In this document: positions 47,713 to 63,264 of the stretch, piece after piece
Layout: each line of letters starts with the position of its first letter
How positions within the stretch are numbered: the stretch's first letter is position 1
From: the human T2T-CHM13v2.0 reference genome, Homo sapiens
Assembly: GCF_009914755.1 (NCBI RefSeq)
Contig: NC_060929.1
Reading direction: 5' to 3' (one strand)
DNA: 64,000 nt
The notes under the pieces: model-generated
The model's database searches: none
Told to the model about the DNA's origin: nothing
What the model saw: only the letters and a program-made list of their open reading frames with translations
Made by a program: the position numbers and the translations under genes

Positions 47713-50030
47713 TACAGGATAAAATCCAAAAGTCCTGGCATGCCATTAGTTCTGTTAATACCAAACTATGTGTATTTCTCTGTATGAATGCCACAGTTTG
47801 AGTCCATTTTACTTCTGCATATGCTCTTCCTATATCTAGATTGCTCTTCTCTGAGTAGTCTTCCTAGTGCATTTCTATTCGTGCTTGAAAATGCTGCTTA
47901 GGTATCATCTCTCTTGGAACATTCCCATAGCAAAATGAATCTCTTCCTTCATATAATTTCTGTGCCTTGTAAATAGTTATATTTTTAAATATATCATATT
48001 GTCAGAGACTCCATCAGCCTGAAGTGAAAGAGAGTAACAAAATAAGAGGCCTTTCTACCCTAAAACTTCGAAAAGCAGGAAGTAAGCTGCAACACACTAC
48101 TCAGCTGCAAATACACGCCACCTTTCATGAAAATGCAGTAATGGCTCAGAGGCTGAAAATAAGGGTAGAAGGTGGAGCCAAGAACCATGGAGAATTATTC
48201 TCGAGGCTTGACTCCTAATCAAGAATTTCCAACTTCAGATTCCCTAGTGGGAAAGCCCTGAACATAGCTGGCAAGTGAGACTGATGCTGGTAGCCCTGCA
48301 GTGGCTACAAATTGGTTTTGACATGAATAGATGCTGACTCTGCAGTAGGCTTTGCTTGCCCAGTGAAAGATGAAAATTCTCACTGTGCCATTAAAACACA
48401 CACACAGAGAACAGAAGATACTGCAAGGATTTGGATAGCCACTTCCTTTACCCAGGCCAGGGAACACACTGTGCCACCCATAATGTCCAACAACAAGCAG
48501 AGAGAATCCTCCTTAGGGTAATAGTTTGATAGAGAAATAGAATAGGCCACTGAAACATTGTTTGTCTAAAACAGAGGGAGATGAAAGCATGAAGGGCTGG
48601 CTTACACACCTTCACAAGTGTGTGCTCACACTTACATGAGTGGTACTAAAGAAGTGTCCCTACTAGATCTTTCTCTGTTTTTCTGGTTGATCTAGGAAAG
48701 AGCGGGCAGGGAGGATGTTGGTATGGCTATGCAATTCTTGCTAAGGGAAAAATAAACTGATATAGTAACTATGATTTTTTTCTTTCTTCCCCAACTTACC
48801 TCAAAAAAATTTTTTTCTCCCTTATTTGATGCAGTGATCTCAGGGCCAAGACTACAACTCTAAGTACTGGAAGCAGAGAGGATTTCTAAGAAACAAACTG
48901 TCACTGTGTTTTTAAACTTAGAATTCCTGAAGCTCTGATGGAGGCAGATTGCACCTTCACCTCATCTGGCAAAACTGGGGTTAAGAATAGATACAGCTCT
49001 ATTGTCTGGTGATAAAAATGGTTCATTAGTTTGAAACCTATGTAACACTATTCTGTGTGAATGGAATGGACTGAAGGGGAGGCACTTGCTAGACTAGTAT
49101 TGCTACCAGCAACCTCAACCACCACAGTGGCCGAACCTAACATCCCTTCCAAAGGTGAAAAGATTTGGACAAAAATAAATGACAAATGAAGAAAAGAATG
49201 AATAATAGTTAAGGGTAAAGAAATGAATAAATGGGTTATAAATTAAGGGAAATTCAATATTACATTAATAACTCTTAAGAGTCCCAGAACAAAAGATGAC
49301 ATTGTCTCCTAGCTCAATTATTCCACATGCCTGAAAGGCTGAAGCTGTATGTTTGCAATGATCCCTTCTCCTTTTGGAGCCTGACAAGATTGAAAGGAAG
49401 CCTACAAACCTGAATGGCCTCATACTGGGAGACATTCATACAATATGATGGGCTGGACTAATTATTAATGGCTGTGTGTATTTTTTTGATGCAAAGAATC
49501 TATGGTCAAAAACCAGAGGGTGGCCTGTGATGTTATTTTATACACACACACACATACACTTTTATGGATGAAAACATATACATATGAAACATATGTACAT
49601 ATGAAAATATATGTTTTCAGGAGGAGGTCAGAGAGATTCTGTTACATGAGGCCTCCCGCTGAAACATATATATATGTTTTCATCCATGGTTCCCGGCTAA
49701 TAACTCTCAGAGCCCTTGTTACCGTCTTTTGTTATAATGTTGGGAGTGTCAGGCCTCAGAGGCAGGCCTCATGAAACAGAATCTCTTTGACCTCCTCCTG
49801 CCCTCTTTTCACCTGACTGAAGTGCAGGACTCTACACTTCCACACCCTCCCCTCTCTCACTGTGGGTCTTAAGACCCTCTCCAGAGAGGGTCCTGCTCTA
49901 TACCCTGGAGGAAGGAATGCTGAGGTTATGAAACTTCCTAAAAACCCAAGAGGAAGGACTGGGTTCAGGGAGCTTCCAAGTAGCTGAACACATGGAGATT
50001 CCTAGAGGGTGGCATCCCAAGGAGGGCATG

Positions 50031-50652
50031 TGTATTAGTCAGGGCTCTCTAGAGGGACAGAACTAATAGTGTGTGTGTATATATATAATATATATATATT
50101 TTATATATATAATATATATTTTTATATATATATTATATATATATTATATATATAATATATATATATTTTATATATATAATATATATTTTATATATATAAT
50201 ATATATATATTATATATATAAAATATATATATTATATATATATAATATATATATAATATATATATATAAAGGGAAGTTTATTAAGTATTAACTTACATGA
50301 TCACAAGGTCCCACAATAGGCTGTCTGCAAGCTTGAGGAGCAAGGAGAGCCAATTCAATTCTCAAAACTGAAGAACTTGGACTCTGATGTTCTAGGGCAG
50401 GAAGCATCCAGGACGGGAGAAAGATGTAGGCTGGGAGGCTAGGCCAATCTCGCTTTTTCACATTTTTCTGCCTGCTTCATATTCGCTGGCAGCTGATTAG
50501 ATGGTGCCTACCAGATTAAGGGTGGGTCTACCTCTGCCAGCCCACTGACTCAAATGTTAAACTCCTTTGGCAACACCCTCACAGACAAACCCAGGAACAA
50601 TACTTTGCATCCTTCAATCCAATCAAGTTGACACTCAGTATTAACCATCACA
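50031..50652 (-). mobile_element. MLT2A1-like solo LTR (ERVL) with expanded AT repeat
   Basis: TGTATTAGTCAGGG...AACCATCACA termini; exact TSD GCATG at 50026-50030 and 50653-50657. Confidence 0.93.
50069..50270. repeat. ~200-bp imperfect (TA)n/AT-only tract
   Basis: Direct reading; sub-periodic units such as ATATATATAAT and ATATATTTT. Confidence 0.98.
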
Positions 50653-51962
50653 GCATGGAAGCTCCACACCCCTTCCCCTATACCTTGCCCTACACATCTC
50701 TTCATCTGTATCCTTTGTAACGTCCTTTATAATAAACCAGTAAATGTTAAAAAAAAAAAAAAACCCAGTTTGATTTCAGAATTGCCACAGACCAGTTCCT
50801 AATCCTGCCTAACAGGGGACCTCACAGAAGCCTGCCAGCTAACTCAGGCTGTGGCCACGGGTTGAAAGAAGCTCCTAACTGAAATTTGTGATATAATCTT
50901 GAGTGAAGACAAACCCCACTGGCCAGAACTGAGGGGTGAGTGGGAAGTGTGCTATAACCATAGGTGCCAGAGCTGGGTGCCCCTACTTCATGGGCGGACC
51001 CAGAAGGGCATGGCCTGAAAGTTGAGGTTTCTGTGGCAGTTTTGAGTTCTGAGTACAGCCTGCCATAAATCTAGCTAGCTGCTGCTAGTGGAACACTGCA
51101 GGTATGAGACTCACCTTGCCAATTAGTTGGGTGGAGCTTACTGCTTAGTGCTTAGTGCTACTTCCCACTCCCCACACAGACTCTTTTGTACAGCAGAGGC
51201 AGCTGCACTCCTCCCTGGAACATTACACCAGCAGCCAGAGAACTGCCCTCCAATCCCCACTGTGGCTGCTGTCTGTGCCCTCACTTGGAAAGCCAGAGCT
51301 CGAACTTGCCTGACCCAGCCCACACCTATTTTTGCGCCTCGACCCATTGTGGTAGCTTAACACAAAGGACAGAAAGTTTTTGGAGTTCCATGGCCCCAAA
51401 GGCACCAGAGGCACTTAAGGCTTCAGAGTATCTCCCCTGAGTAACATAAGGCAAGCACAAATTCCACCACTACCACCACAGCTGGCGCTTTTGCAAGTGC
51501 CACCTCCAGGCTGAAGGCCAACCAGCACAGACATTTCAACGTCTGCAGGAACAACACCACAACTCTAGGAAAGAGAAAACTTTTGCACAACCTCGGCTAT
51601 CACCATTACCTACATCACCCTGGCTAACCAGGAGGTGTTGAGTCTGTCCATGTGCCCAGAACATCACTACTACAGCTGACATTTGAGAAAGCTAACATAG
51701 TAAGGCTATTTATAACCAAGGAAACTTCAGAGTCTTTGTCACTCTCCTCCCACCCCCCATCAGAGCTGGTACTGGTACCTGCTACTGGGAGACTAGAGGA
51801 CAGGTCACAGCACATTCCCCAGCACCAGCCTGGAGTGTGGCAGCCCCACTGGGTGGCTAGACCCAGAGGAGCAGCAGGATTCACAGTAGTCTGGCCCTCA
51901 GGGGCTGCTACTCCTAGGCAGAGTGCACCACATTAACAGAACACCCCGTGGGACAAAAGAAA

Positions 51963-52179
51963 CCAACCTGGGAAACATGGTGAAACCCCATCTCTATAAA
52001 AAATACAAAAATTAGCCAGGCATGGCGGTGTATGCCTATAGTAGCTACTCAAAAAGCTGAGGTGGGAGGATCACTTGAGCCTGGGAAGTCAAGGCTCCAA
52101 TGAGCCATGATCGTGTCACTGCATTCCAGCCTGGGTGACAGCAAGACCCTGTCTCAAAAAAAAAAACAAAAAAAACAAA
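51963..52179 (+). mobile_element. AluJ lacking its 5' part, inside the L1PB 5' UTR
   Basis: Starts at CCAACCTGGGAAACATGG; right arm and A/C tail present. Confidence 0.9.
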
Positions 52180-53372
52180 GTAGACACCACTGGGGAACAA
52201 AATAAGCTTCATGAGACCTCTGCCATTCCAGCCCCACAGGAAACAGTGAACCCGCTTACATACCCACCACATCACTACTACAACCAGCATCTGAGAAAGC
52301 TGTTACAAAAAGATTCTCTGTAACCAAGGAATTTATACAGTGTTCACCACTGAATGCACCTAGAGCTGAAGCTAGGTGACAATAAACTATAAACATTAAA
52401 GTCACATCCTCAAGGGGAAAAAATATTTTAATAAGCCTGTCAAATAAAAAATAAATACAAAAATAATTAGAAGAAATAGTCCCTACCCAAATGAAAAAGA
52501 ACCAGAAAAATAATCCTGGCAATATGAAATAACAGGGTTCTATAGCACCCCCAAAAGATCACATTAACTTTCTGGAGGAAGGTTAAGCAGAAGAAAAGAA
52601 ATAAGAAAGATCAGAGCAGAACTAAATGAAATTGAAACCAAAAAATGAGAAAGATTAATGAAACAAAAGGCTGGTTGTTTGAAAAGATAAACAAAATTGA
52701 TAGACCACTACCTAGATTCACCAAGAAAAGATGAGAGAAGATTCAAATAAGCTTAATTACAAATGAAAATGGAAACAATACAACTGACACTACAGAAAGA
52801 CAAAAGATCATTCGAGACTAGTATGAACACCTCTATGAACACGAACAAGAAAATCTAGAGGAAATGGATAAATTCCTGAAAATATACAACTCCCCTAGCT
52901 TGAATCAGAGAGAAATATAAATCCTGAACAGAGCAATGACAAGCAGTGAAATTGAATGAGTAATTTTAATAACCACCAACAAAGAAAAGCCCAGGGCCAG
53001 ATGGATTCACAGCCAACTTTTACCAAACATTCAAAGAATTGGTACCAGTTCTACTGACACTATTCCAAAAGATTGAGAAGGAGGGAATCCTCCCTAACTC
53101 ATTCTAGGAAGCCAGTATTACCCTGATGCCAGAGCCAGGAAAGCACATGATAAATATAGATACAAAAATTCTCAACAAAATACTAGCAAACTGAATCTAA
53201 CAGCACATAAAAAAAAAAAATTCATCGTGATGAAGTGAGTTTCATCCCAGGGATGCAGGGATGTTTCAACATATGCAAGTCAATAAATATGTTTCATCAC
53301 ATCAAGAGAATTAAAATAAAAATCATATGATCATCTCAATAGACACAGAAAAAGCATCTGATAAAATCCAGC

Positions 53373-53538
53373 CTCCCACGCAGGATTCAGACTAGAATAT
53401 AGCTGTTAAGTGCTGTGTTGTCATTCTCCCTGCTTAAAATAAAGTTTTTTTCTTAACTATACCTGTCTGCTATCTGCTGTAGCAGCCAGGGATGCTTGGT
53501 TTCATACATGTTGAAAGGAATAAATTTAAGAAAAAAAA
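53373..53538 (+). pseudogene. Short retrocopy resembling the 3' end of a cellular mRNA (source unidentified)
   Basis: Non-L1 sequence interrupting ORF2; AATAAA at 53438 and 53519, A8 tail; TSD-like AAAATCCAGC / AAAAAACAGC. Confidence 0.65.
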
Positions 53539-53990
53539 CAGCATTCCTTTATGATAAAAACTCTCAACAAGCTAAGCATAGAAGGACTTATCTCAAAAAA
53601 AAAAAAAAGCCATATATGACAACACCATGGCCAACATCATGCTGAATGGGGAAAAGTTGAAAGCATTCCCCTTGAGAACTGGAACAAGACAAGTATGCCC
53701 ATTCAACACAGTACTTACTGTAAGTCTTAGCCAGAGGAATCAGACAAAAGAAAGAAAGAAAGGGCAACCAAATTGGAAAACAGGAAGTCAACTATCACTG
53801 TTTGCTGACGATATGATCTCATACCTAGAAAAACCTAAAGACTGCCTCAAAAGACTCCTATATCTGATGAATTAATTCAGTAAAGTCTCAGGTTACAAAA
53901 TCAATGTACACAAATCAGTAGCACTGCTATACAACAAAAATGACCAAGCTGAGAATCAAATTAAGAACTCAATTTATTTTACCATGGCTG

Positions 53991-54003
53991 ATAAATAAAT
54001 GAA

Positions 54004-54034
<31 letters not shown>

Positions 54035-54036
54035 AA
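53991..54036. repeat. (TAAA)n tetranucleotide repeat
   Basis: Direct reading, about 11 units. Confidence 0.97.
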
Positions 54037-54981
54037 TAGCTAGGAATATACTTAACCAAAGAGGTAAAAGATCTCTACAACGAGAACTACAAAACAATAC
54101 CGAAAGAAATCATAGCTGTTACAAACAAACGGAAATACATCCCATGTTCATAGATTGCATGAATCAATGTCGTGAAAATGACCATACTGCCCAAAGCAAT
54201 CTACAGATTCAATGCAATTCCCATCAAAATACCATCATCATTTTTCACAGAACTAGAAACAACAATCCTAAAATTCATATGGAACCAAAAAACAGCCCAC
54301 ACAGCTAAAGCAATACTAACCAAAAGGAACAAATCTGGAGACATCACATTATCTGACTTCAAATTGTAATACAAGACTATAGTAACCAAAATAGCATGGT
54401 ACTGGTATAAAAGTAAGCACATAGACCAATGGAACAGAATAGAGAACCCAGAAATAAAGCCAAATGTTTACAATGAATTGATTTTTGACAAAGCATACAG
54501 AAACACAAATGGGGGAAAGGACACCCTATTCAGTAAATGGTGCTGGGAAAACTGGCAAGCCACATGTAGAAGAATGAAACTGGATCTCTATATCTCACCA
54601 AATATGAAAATTAACTCAAGATGTATTAAAGACTTAAATCTAAGACCTAAAACCATAAAAATTCTAGAAGAAAACCCAGGAAAAACTCTTCTGGACATTG
54701 GCCTAGCTAAAGAATTTATGACTAAGATCCCAAAAGCAAATGCAACAAAAACAAAAATAAACACTGAGACCTAATTAAATGAAAAAGCTTCTGCATAGCA
54801 AAAGAAATAATCTGCAGAGTAAATGGACAACCTGTAGAATGGGAGAAAATATTTGCAAGTAATGCATCTGACAAAGGATTAATATCCAGAATCTACAAGG
54901 AACTCAAACAAATCAGCAAGAAAAACAAATCCCATTAAAAAGTGGACAAAGGATATGAATAGTCATTTCTCAAAAGATACA

Positions 54982-55267
54982 CACACATAATATAATTAAC
55001 ACAAATGTCTTTTAAAAGAGGACTAATTAAATTATTGATTACCAATATAGACTCTAAAGGTCTCTACACTATTATTGTAGGATGAAGTACTTAAGATATA
55101 TTGCTAATTAAATTACAAAGGAGAGTACTGAAAATGTGGGTCACATACTCCCACTTGTATAAAAATGAAACATACAATTAGGAAAATTTTCTGTACTGAT
55201 ACAAATGACCTTTTTGATAGTGATAATTTTTCAAGAATAAAATTATAAGTCAAGTTAAAAAAAAGAT
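54982..55267 (+). other. Orphan ~290-bp insert in L1PB ORF2
   Basis: Host L1 resumes after a duplicated TCTC(A/T)AAAGATACA; AATAAA 55236, A8 at 55257. Confidence 0.6.
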
Positions 55268-56942
55268 ATTATCTCTAAAGATACAGAAATGGCCAAAAAA
55301 CATACAAGAAAATGCTCAACATTACTAATCATCAAGGAAATGCAAACTAAAACCACAATGAGATAACATCTTACCCTAGCCAGAATGGCCATTATTAAAA
55401 AGTCAAAAATAATAGATGTTGGTGTGGATGTGGTAAAAAAAATTAATGCTTACAGTCTGCTCCTGGGAATATAAATTAATACAACCTCTATGGAAAACAG
55501 TGTGGAGATTTCTCAAGGAACTCAAAATAGATCTTCCATTCAATCCAGTAATCCCATGACTGGATATCTACTCAAGAGAAAAGAAGTCACTATATCAAAA
55601 AGGCACCTGTATGTGGATGTTTATTGCAGCACAATTCACAAAGCAAAGATATGGAATCAAGCTAAGTGTCCATAAACTGATGAGTGGATAAAGAAAATGT
55701 GGTATAGATACACCATGGAATACTACTGAGTCATAATAAAGAAAAAAATAATGTCGTGCAGCAACTTGAGTGGAACCGGAGGTCATTATTCTAAGCAAAT
55801 TAACTCAAGAATCAAAAACCAAATACTGCGTGTTCTCACTTATAAGTAGAAACTAAGCTATGGGTACACAAAGACATGCAGGCTTGTATAATGGACATTG
55901 GAGACTCAGAAAGGAGGACGACGGGAGGGGGATGCAGGATGAAACACTACCTATTAGGTAAAATGTACTCTACCCGGATGATGGATGCACTAAAATCCTA
56001 GACTTTACTACTATACATTTATCCATGTAACCGAAAACCACTTGTACCACTAAAGCTAGTGAAATAATAAGAAAAGAATTACTATGGACTGATTGCTTCT
56101 CTCTATCTTCCATTTTTCCTTTTAAAAGTCTTTTTAAATAAGATTGTCTACCATGGTCACGCCAGGCTTACCCACCATTATAGGTTGCCTATGGAGGAGT
56201 AGATAACCTGTTTCTTCACTTCATATGTCTTTAGATTGACAGGAATGGTGTAGTAAAGCTATACTTAAGGCACTACAGCCAAAGAGCCTCATCCACACTT
56301 GGACCTGATTTTGAAGCCAACATTCTGGATTTTGAGCTGATAATGTAAATGGATGTGAGTTTGGGGGAGGGGGAGCAGTAGGAAGAGTTTATGGTATTTT
56401 TCATGTCAAGGTAATATAAATAATTTGTGGTCAGAGGAAGAACTGTGGTGGTTTTCAAACATGTCCACAAATTCTTTGATAGTCCTCCTTTCAAAAGATG
56501 GAGACAATTCCCTCTCCCTTTAAGTGTGGCATTACTTAATGATTTGTTTTTAACAAATAGGATGTTGTTAAATTGACAAGGTGTGATATCTGAAAGTGGG
56601 ACATAAAGAGTATTGTGGACTCCTCCTTACTCTCTCTGTCTCATTTGGTCAGGCATTCTGGGAGATACCAGCTGCCATGATGTAAGAAGCCCTGTGGAGG
56701 AGTCCAAGTGGTACGGAACTGAGGCCTCCAGCAAACAGGCTTGTGAGTGAGCCCTCTTGGAAACAGATACATCAACCCGACTCAATGGTAAAATGATGGC
56801 AGCCCTGGCTGACATCTTTACTGTCACTCAATAAGAAACCCTGAACCAGAACCACCCAGACAAGCCACTTCAAAGTCTTGTCTCACTGGAACTACAAGAT
56901 AAAAACTGTTGGTTGTTTCAAGTAAATGTCTAAGTTTGTGCA

Positions 56943-57325
56943 TGATATGATTCGGATTTGTGTCCCCACTCAAATCTCATGTGGAATTGTAATCCCCAGT
57001 GTAATCCCCCAGGAGGAGCCTGGTAGGAGGTGATTGAATCAAGAGGGCGGATTTCCCCCTTGCTGTTCTCCTGATAGGGAGTGAGTTCTCATAAGATCTG
57101 GTTGTTTAAAAGTGTGTAGCACCTCACCCTTCTCTCTCTTCCTCCTGCTCTGGTCATGTAAGATGTGCCTGCTTCCCTTTCCGCCAGGATTGAAAGTTTC
57201 CTGAGGTCTTCCCAGTCATGCTTCCTGTGCAGCCTGTGGAACTGTGAGCCAATTAAACCTCTTTTCTTTATAAATTATCCAGTTTCCGGTAGTTATTTAT
57301 AGCACTGTGAGAACGGACTAATACA
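56943..57325 (+). mobile_element. MSTA solo LTR inside the MLT1 LTR
   Basis: TGATATG...GGACTAATACA termini; TSD GTGCA/TTGCA. Confidence 0.92.
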
Positions 57326-57384
57326 TTGCATTAATTCATTATACAGCAATGGATAACTTATACACTGGGTAATTACAAATATTT

Positions 57385-58110
57385 CTTTTATTCAGTCAGT
57401 ACCATGTGCTATGCTAGACACTGGGGATATAGTGATGAACCACACAGCCATAATCTCTTCACTCAACCAGACTGGTGGGAAAGGCAGAAATTAAACCAAT
57501 AAGCACATGGATCCACATTTACAGACTGAGATAAGTGCTGAGAGAGAAGCATATGCCCATGAGGAGAAAAACAGGAGAGACATAAGTTAGATTTGAAGGA
57601 TCTCTCTAAGGATGTGGCATTTAAGCATAGCTCTAAATGAGAGACAGGATTTAGCCAGGTGCAAATTGTGGGAAGAGACTTCCAGGCAAAGGGAACAGCT
57701 TGCACAAAGCCCAGGAGTTAGGGAAGGACTTGGATGAGTCAAAGAACCAAGGGAGGGCAGGGACAGTGACTTGAGTGTGATGGACAAGAGGGAGCTGGTT
57801 GAGTTGAGGTTGGAAAGGAGGCCAGAAGTAGATCAATGCAGGAACTTGGTGGGTGATAATGAGTATATTTTAGCTGAGGGAAGCCTCTGAAACTTTTAAA
57901 CAGAAGAATAATGAGGTTCAACTTATTTTATTAAAATGACCATTCTGAATGTCATATGGTGAACTGACTGGAAGGGGGCAAGAGTAGAGAAGGGAGCCTC
58001 TGGCTGTAGATCAGGAGCAAGAAGAAGGTGGAATGGCTGTGAGAGGTAGAGATGGAGAGAGGTGGATGGATGCAAGCAATATTGATGGGGCAGAATCAAC
58101 CAACTTTTAA
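57385..58110 (-). mobile_element. L2 fragment
   Basis: CATGTGCTATGCTAGACACTGGGGATATAGTGATGAAC..CCAGGCAAAGGGAACAGCTTGCACAAAG. Confidence 0.75.
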
Positions 58111-58527
58111 TCTATCCAGCCCAAACAGAACAAGCAAAACCTCTAATTAAGATCATTCAAAGCAAAAGCCAGACTCCCTAAAAATTTTTCTGTGGGTTAT
58201 TATCTAATATTTGACTACTTAATAATCATTCTGCTTTTTCTAAAATGACTCTCCAACATATGAACTCTATTGTTAATGTATAGAGAAACAAAATAGAAAG
58301 GTAAGTTTTGAACTTTTGACAAAAATTTGAATTATAAGCCTTTTATAAAGTGACCCACTTATATAGCTGAGCTAAGAGTTATCCTTTGAAAAGCTAGACC
58401 CATTGTACCAGGTCAGTTTCAAACATGCTGCAATCAAGGGGTATGTTTTAAGCTAAATATTTCCTGTTCTGATTACACAAACTATACCAGCCCTATGTTA
58501 AATACCACATGTCTATGTTTATAGTAG

Positions 58528-58864
<337 letters not shown>

Positions 58865-59240
58865 ACAGCATTATTTTTAAAATTAAGGTCATGCCATATA
58901 GAAGAATTTTCTTAGGTAACTGCTTCAATTACCAAGGTTGTCAGAATGTTTTTCTTAAAGAAGCATTTATCCTCTACAGAAACATTCCTCAAGGTGTGTC
59001 TAGAGACCATTAGCAGGCATCTGCATCACCTGAGGTGCTTCTGACACTGCAAATGCTGACTCAATAAGTCTTACATGGGACCCCTGAACCTGTGTTTTAA
59101 ATAAGCAAAGAAGTAATCCCTATTTTTATTCACTAGAATTTAAGAACCTGCACTAGAGATACACTATTATGGCTTGCATAAGAACTCTGAGTAAATGCAA
59201 AGTTGTGGTTTGATAGAACAAATAACATCAAACTTTTCCT

Positions 59241-59521
59241 TCTCTTTTTTTTTTTTTTTTTTTTTTTTGAGACAGTCTCACTCGCTGTGTACTCTGTCAT
59301 CCAGGCTGGAGTGTAATCATGGCTCACTACAATTGTGACCTCCTGGGCTCAAGCAATTCTGGCCCCAGGCTCCTGAGTAGCTGGGACTACAGGCATGCAT
59401 CACTGCACCCAGCTAGATTTTTTATTCTTTGTAAAAATAAGGTTTCTCTTTGTTGCTTAGGCTGGTCTTAGGCAGCCACCCAAAGTGCTTGGATTACAGG
59501 TGTGAGCCACTCTGCCTGGCC
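59241..59521 (-). mobile_element. AluJ
   Basis: T tail and diverged Alu body; TSD ACATCAAACT(T/A)TTT. Confidence 0.9.
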
Positions 59522-60652
59522 TCAGACATCAAACTATTTTAAAAGAAAGGGAGATCGGGGGCCAGAATTATAAATTCACTATCCTACTTTGCGAAGAGAG
59601 TAACCATCTTAAATACATATGAACCTTTCCAAATCTTCAAACCTTCATAATCAGAAAACTTACTGCTGACTGTTAAAACTACATTGGTCAAAGCAAAGTC
59701 AGTTTTCTTCCTCCAGAGGTTTTAGCCATACAGTTTTTTTAAAATGGTCTTTGAAATGAAGCACAAGGACAGCTTTGGTGTATGGGTAATGTTCTGTTTC
59801 TTGATCTAAATGTTAGCTATGAAGCTGTGTTCTATCTGTGAAAATTTCTTAAGCTAAACACTTGTGATAGGTGAACATTTCTGAATGCATAGGATCCTTC
59901 AAAAAATATAATTGGTCTTTTAAAAATTCAAACTTATTAGCAGTTATACTAAAATATTTTAGCATGACACTTCTTGCCTTTCAAGTTAATAACCCTCAGT
60001 GTTGATGACTGCTGAACTGAAATGGACATTCTCAGATGCACTGCTTTTGGGAAATATAAACTGATATATAAGCCTTTTGGAAAGCAGTTTGACAATCAAT
60101 AGCTGTCCAAAGCTCTGAAAACAGTCATAACTGTTGACCTAGTAATTTTGTTCTCAGAATCTATCTCAAAGAAATAATCTTCACTATGGGAAAGTCCTAT
60201 TCCCAACATCAAAAAACATAAACCCACCTAAATAATCACAATAGGGTAATTATTAAGTGGGTTGTAGTATATCTACATCATAATTTGTATACATTGATGG
60301 TAAAGCTAAAAAGCAAAGCAAAGAAATGATTGATAAAAAAATTCTCTATGCATCTGGGGAAGAGCACAAACGCACTCCCACATATGTAGTAATATTCTAT
60401 TTAAGCTGAGTGGTGCATACACAGGTATTCCTATTATTATGATTATTTAAACTATATATATATTTTATATACTAACAAGTGTGAATATATATTTTATAAT
60501 ATATAAGTTTTGGTAAAATTCAGAACAATTAATGTTTACTAAAAGTTTGTCAACATGAAAAATGCTCATGTCATGCTCACTGCAGCAGCATATACAGTAA
60601 AATTGGAATGAAAAATGGTCATATCATAATTGTGAGTAAAAAACTGGGGCAC

Positions 60653-62971
<2,319 letters not shown>

Positions 62972-63264
62972 AAAAACTAGGGCACTAAATTAGTTATAAA
63001 TTATAGCACACAGATCTTGTAAAAGGAGGTTGGAATAGTCTTACAAAGACACTCATTTCAACTATGACTTAACGTTGTGCTGAGGATCCCAGTCAAGAAT
63101 TCCTCTCATAAAAACAAAAGAAAGGACCCACTTAAACTGATATTCTTTTTTTATAATTGTGTACCTAGAACATTCAACACAATCAACTGACAATATACCA
63201 ACACTATCAAGAGTTTAGTAATCTGACCAAGAACTGTCCTAGATGCCAAAAGAGATGACAGCTA

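Larger units (their letters stand above)
48236..50763 (+). mobile_element. ERVL (MER21-like) internal fragment plus 3' LTR ending in poly(A)
   Basis: Integrase-like remnant (QGTH..HNVQQ, NSLIE) at ~48455-48540; PPT-like CCAGAGGGTGGCC then TG at 49526; AATAAA 50731; A15 at 50749-50763. Confidence 0.7.
50795..56074 (+). mobile_element. L1PB (PB2/3-like) with 5' UTR, large ORF1/EN deletion and nested inserts
   Basis: Long 5' UTR; ORF1-like start at 52491 fused to mid-ORF2 at ~52585; L1PB 3' UTR; diverged TSD AGAATTGCCACAGAC / AGAATTACTATGGAC. Confidence 0.85.
48000..57364 (+). mobile_element. MLT1(F-like) provirus remnant acting as nest host: internal pieces ~48000-48235, 50764-50793, 56075-56443; 3' LTR 56444-57364
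   Basis: MLT-int text appears to resume across both large inserts; polypurine tract then TGTGGTGG..AAATTCTTTGA LTR ending GATAACTTATACA. Confidence 0.7.

Noticed and set aside
50073-50291. Ile/Tyr-rich ORF (also 19592-19936)
   Set aside because: Translation of (TA)n microsatellite
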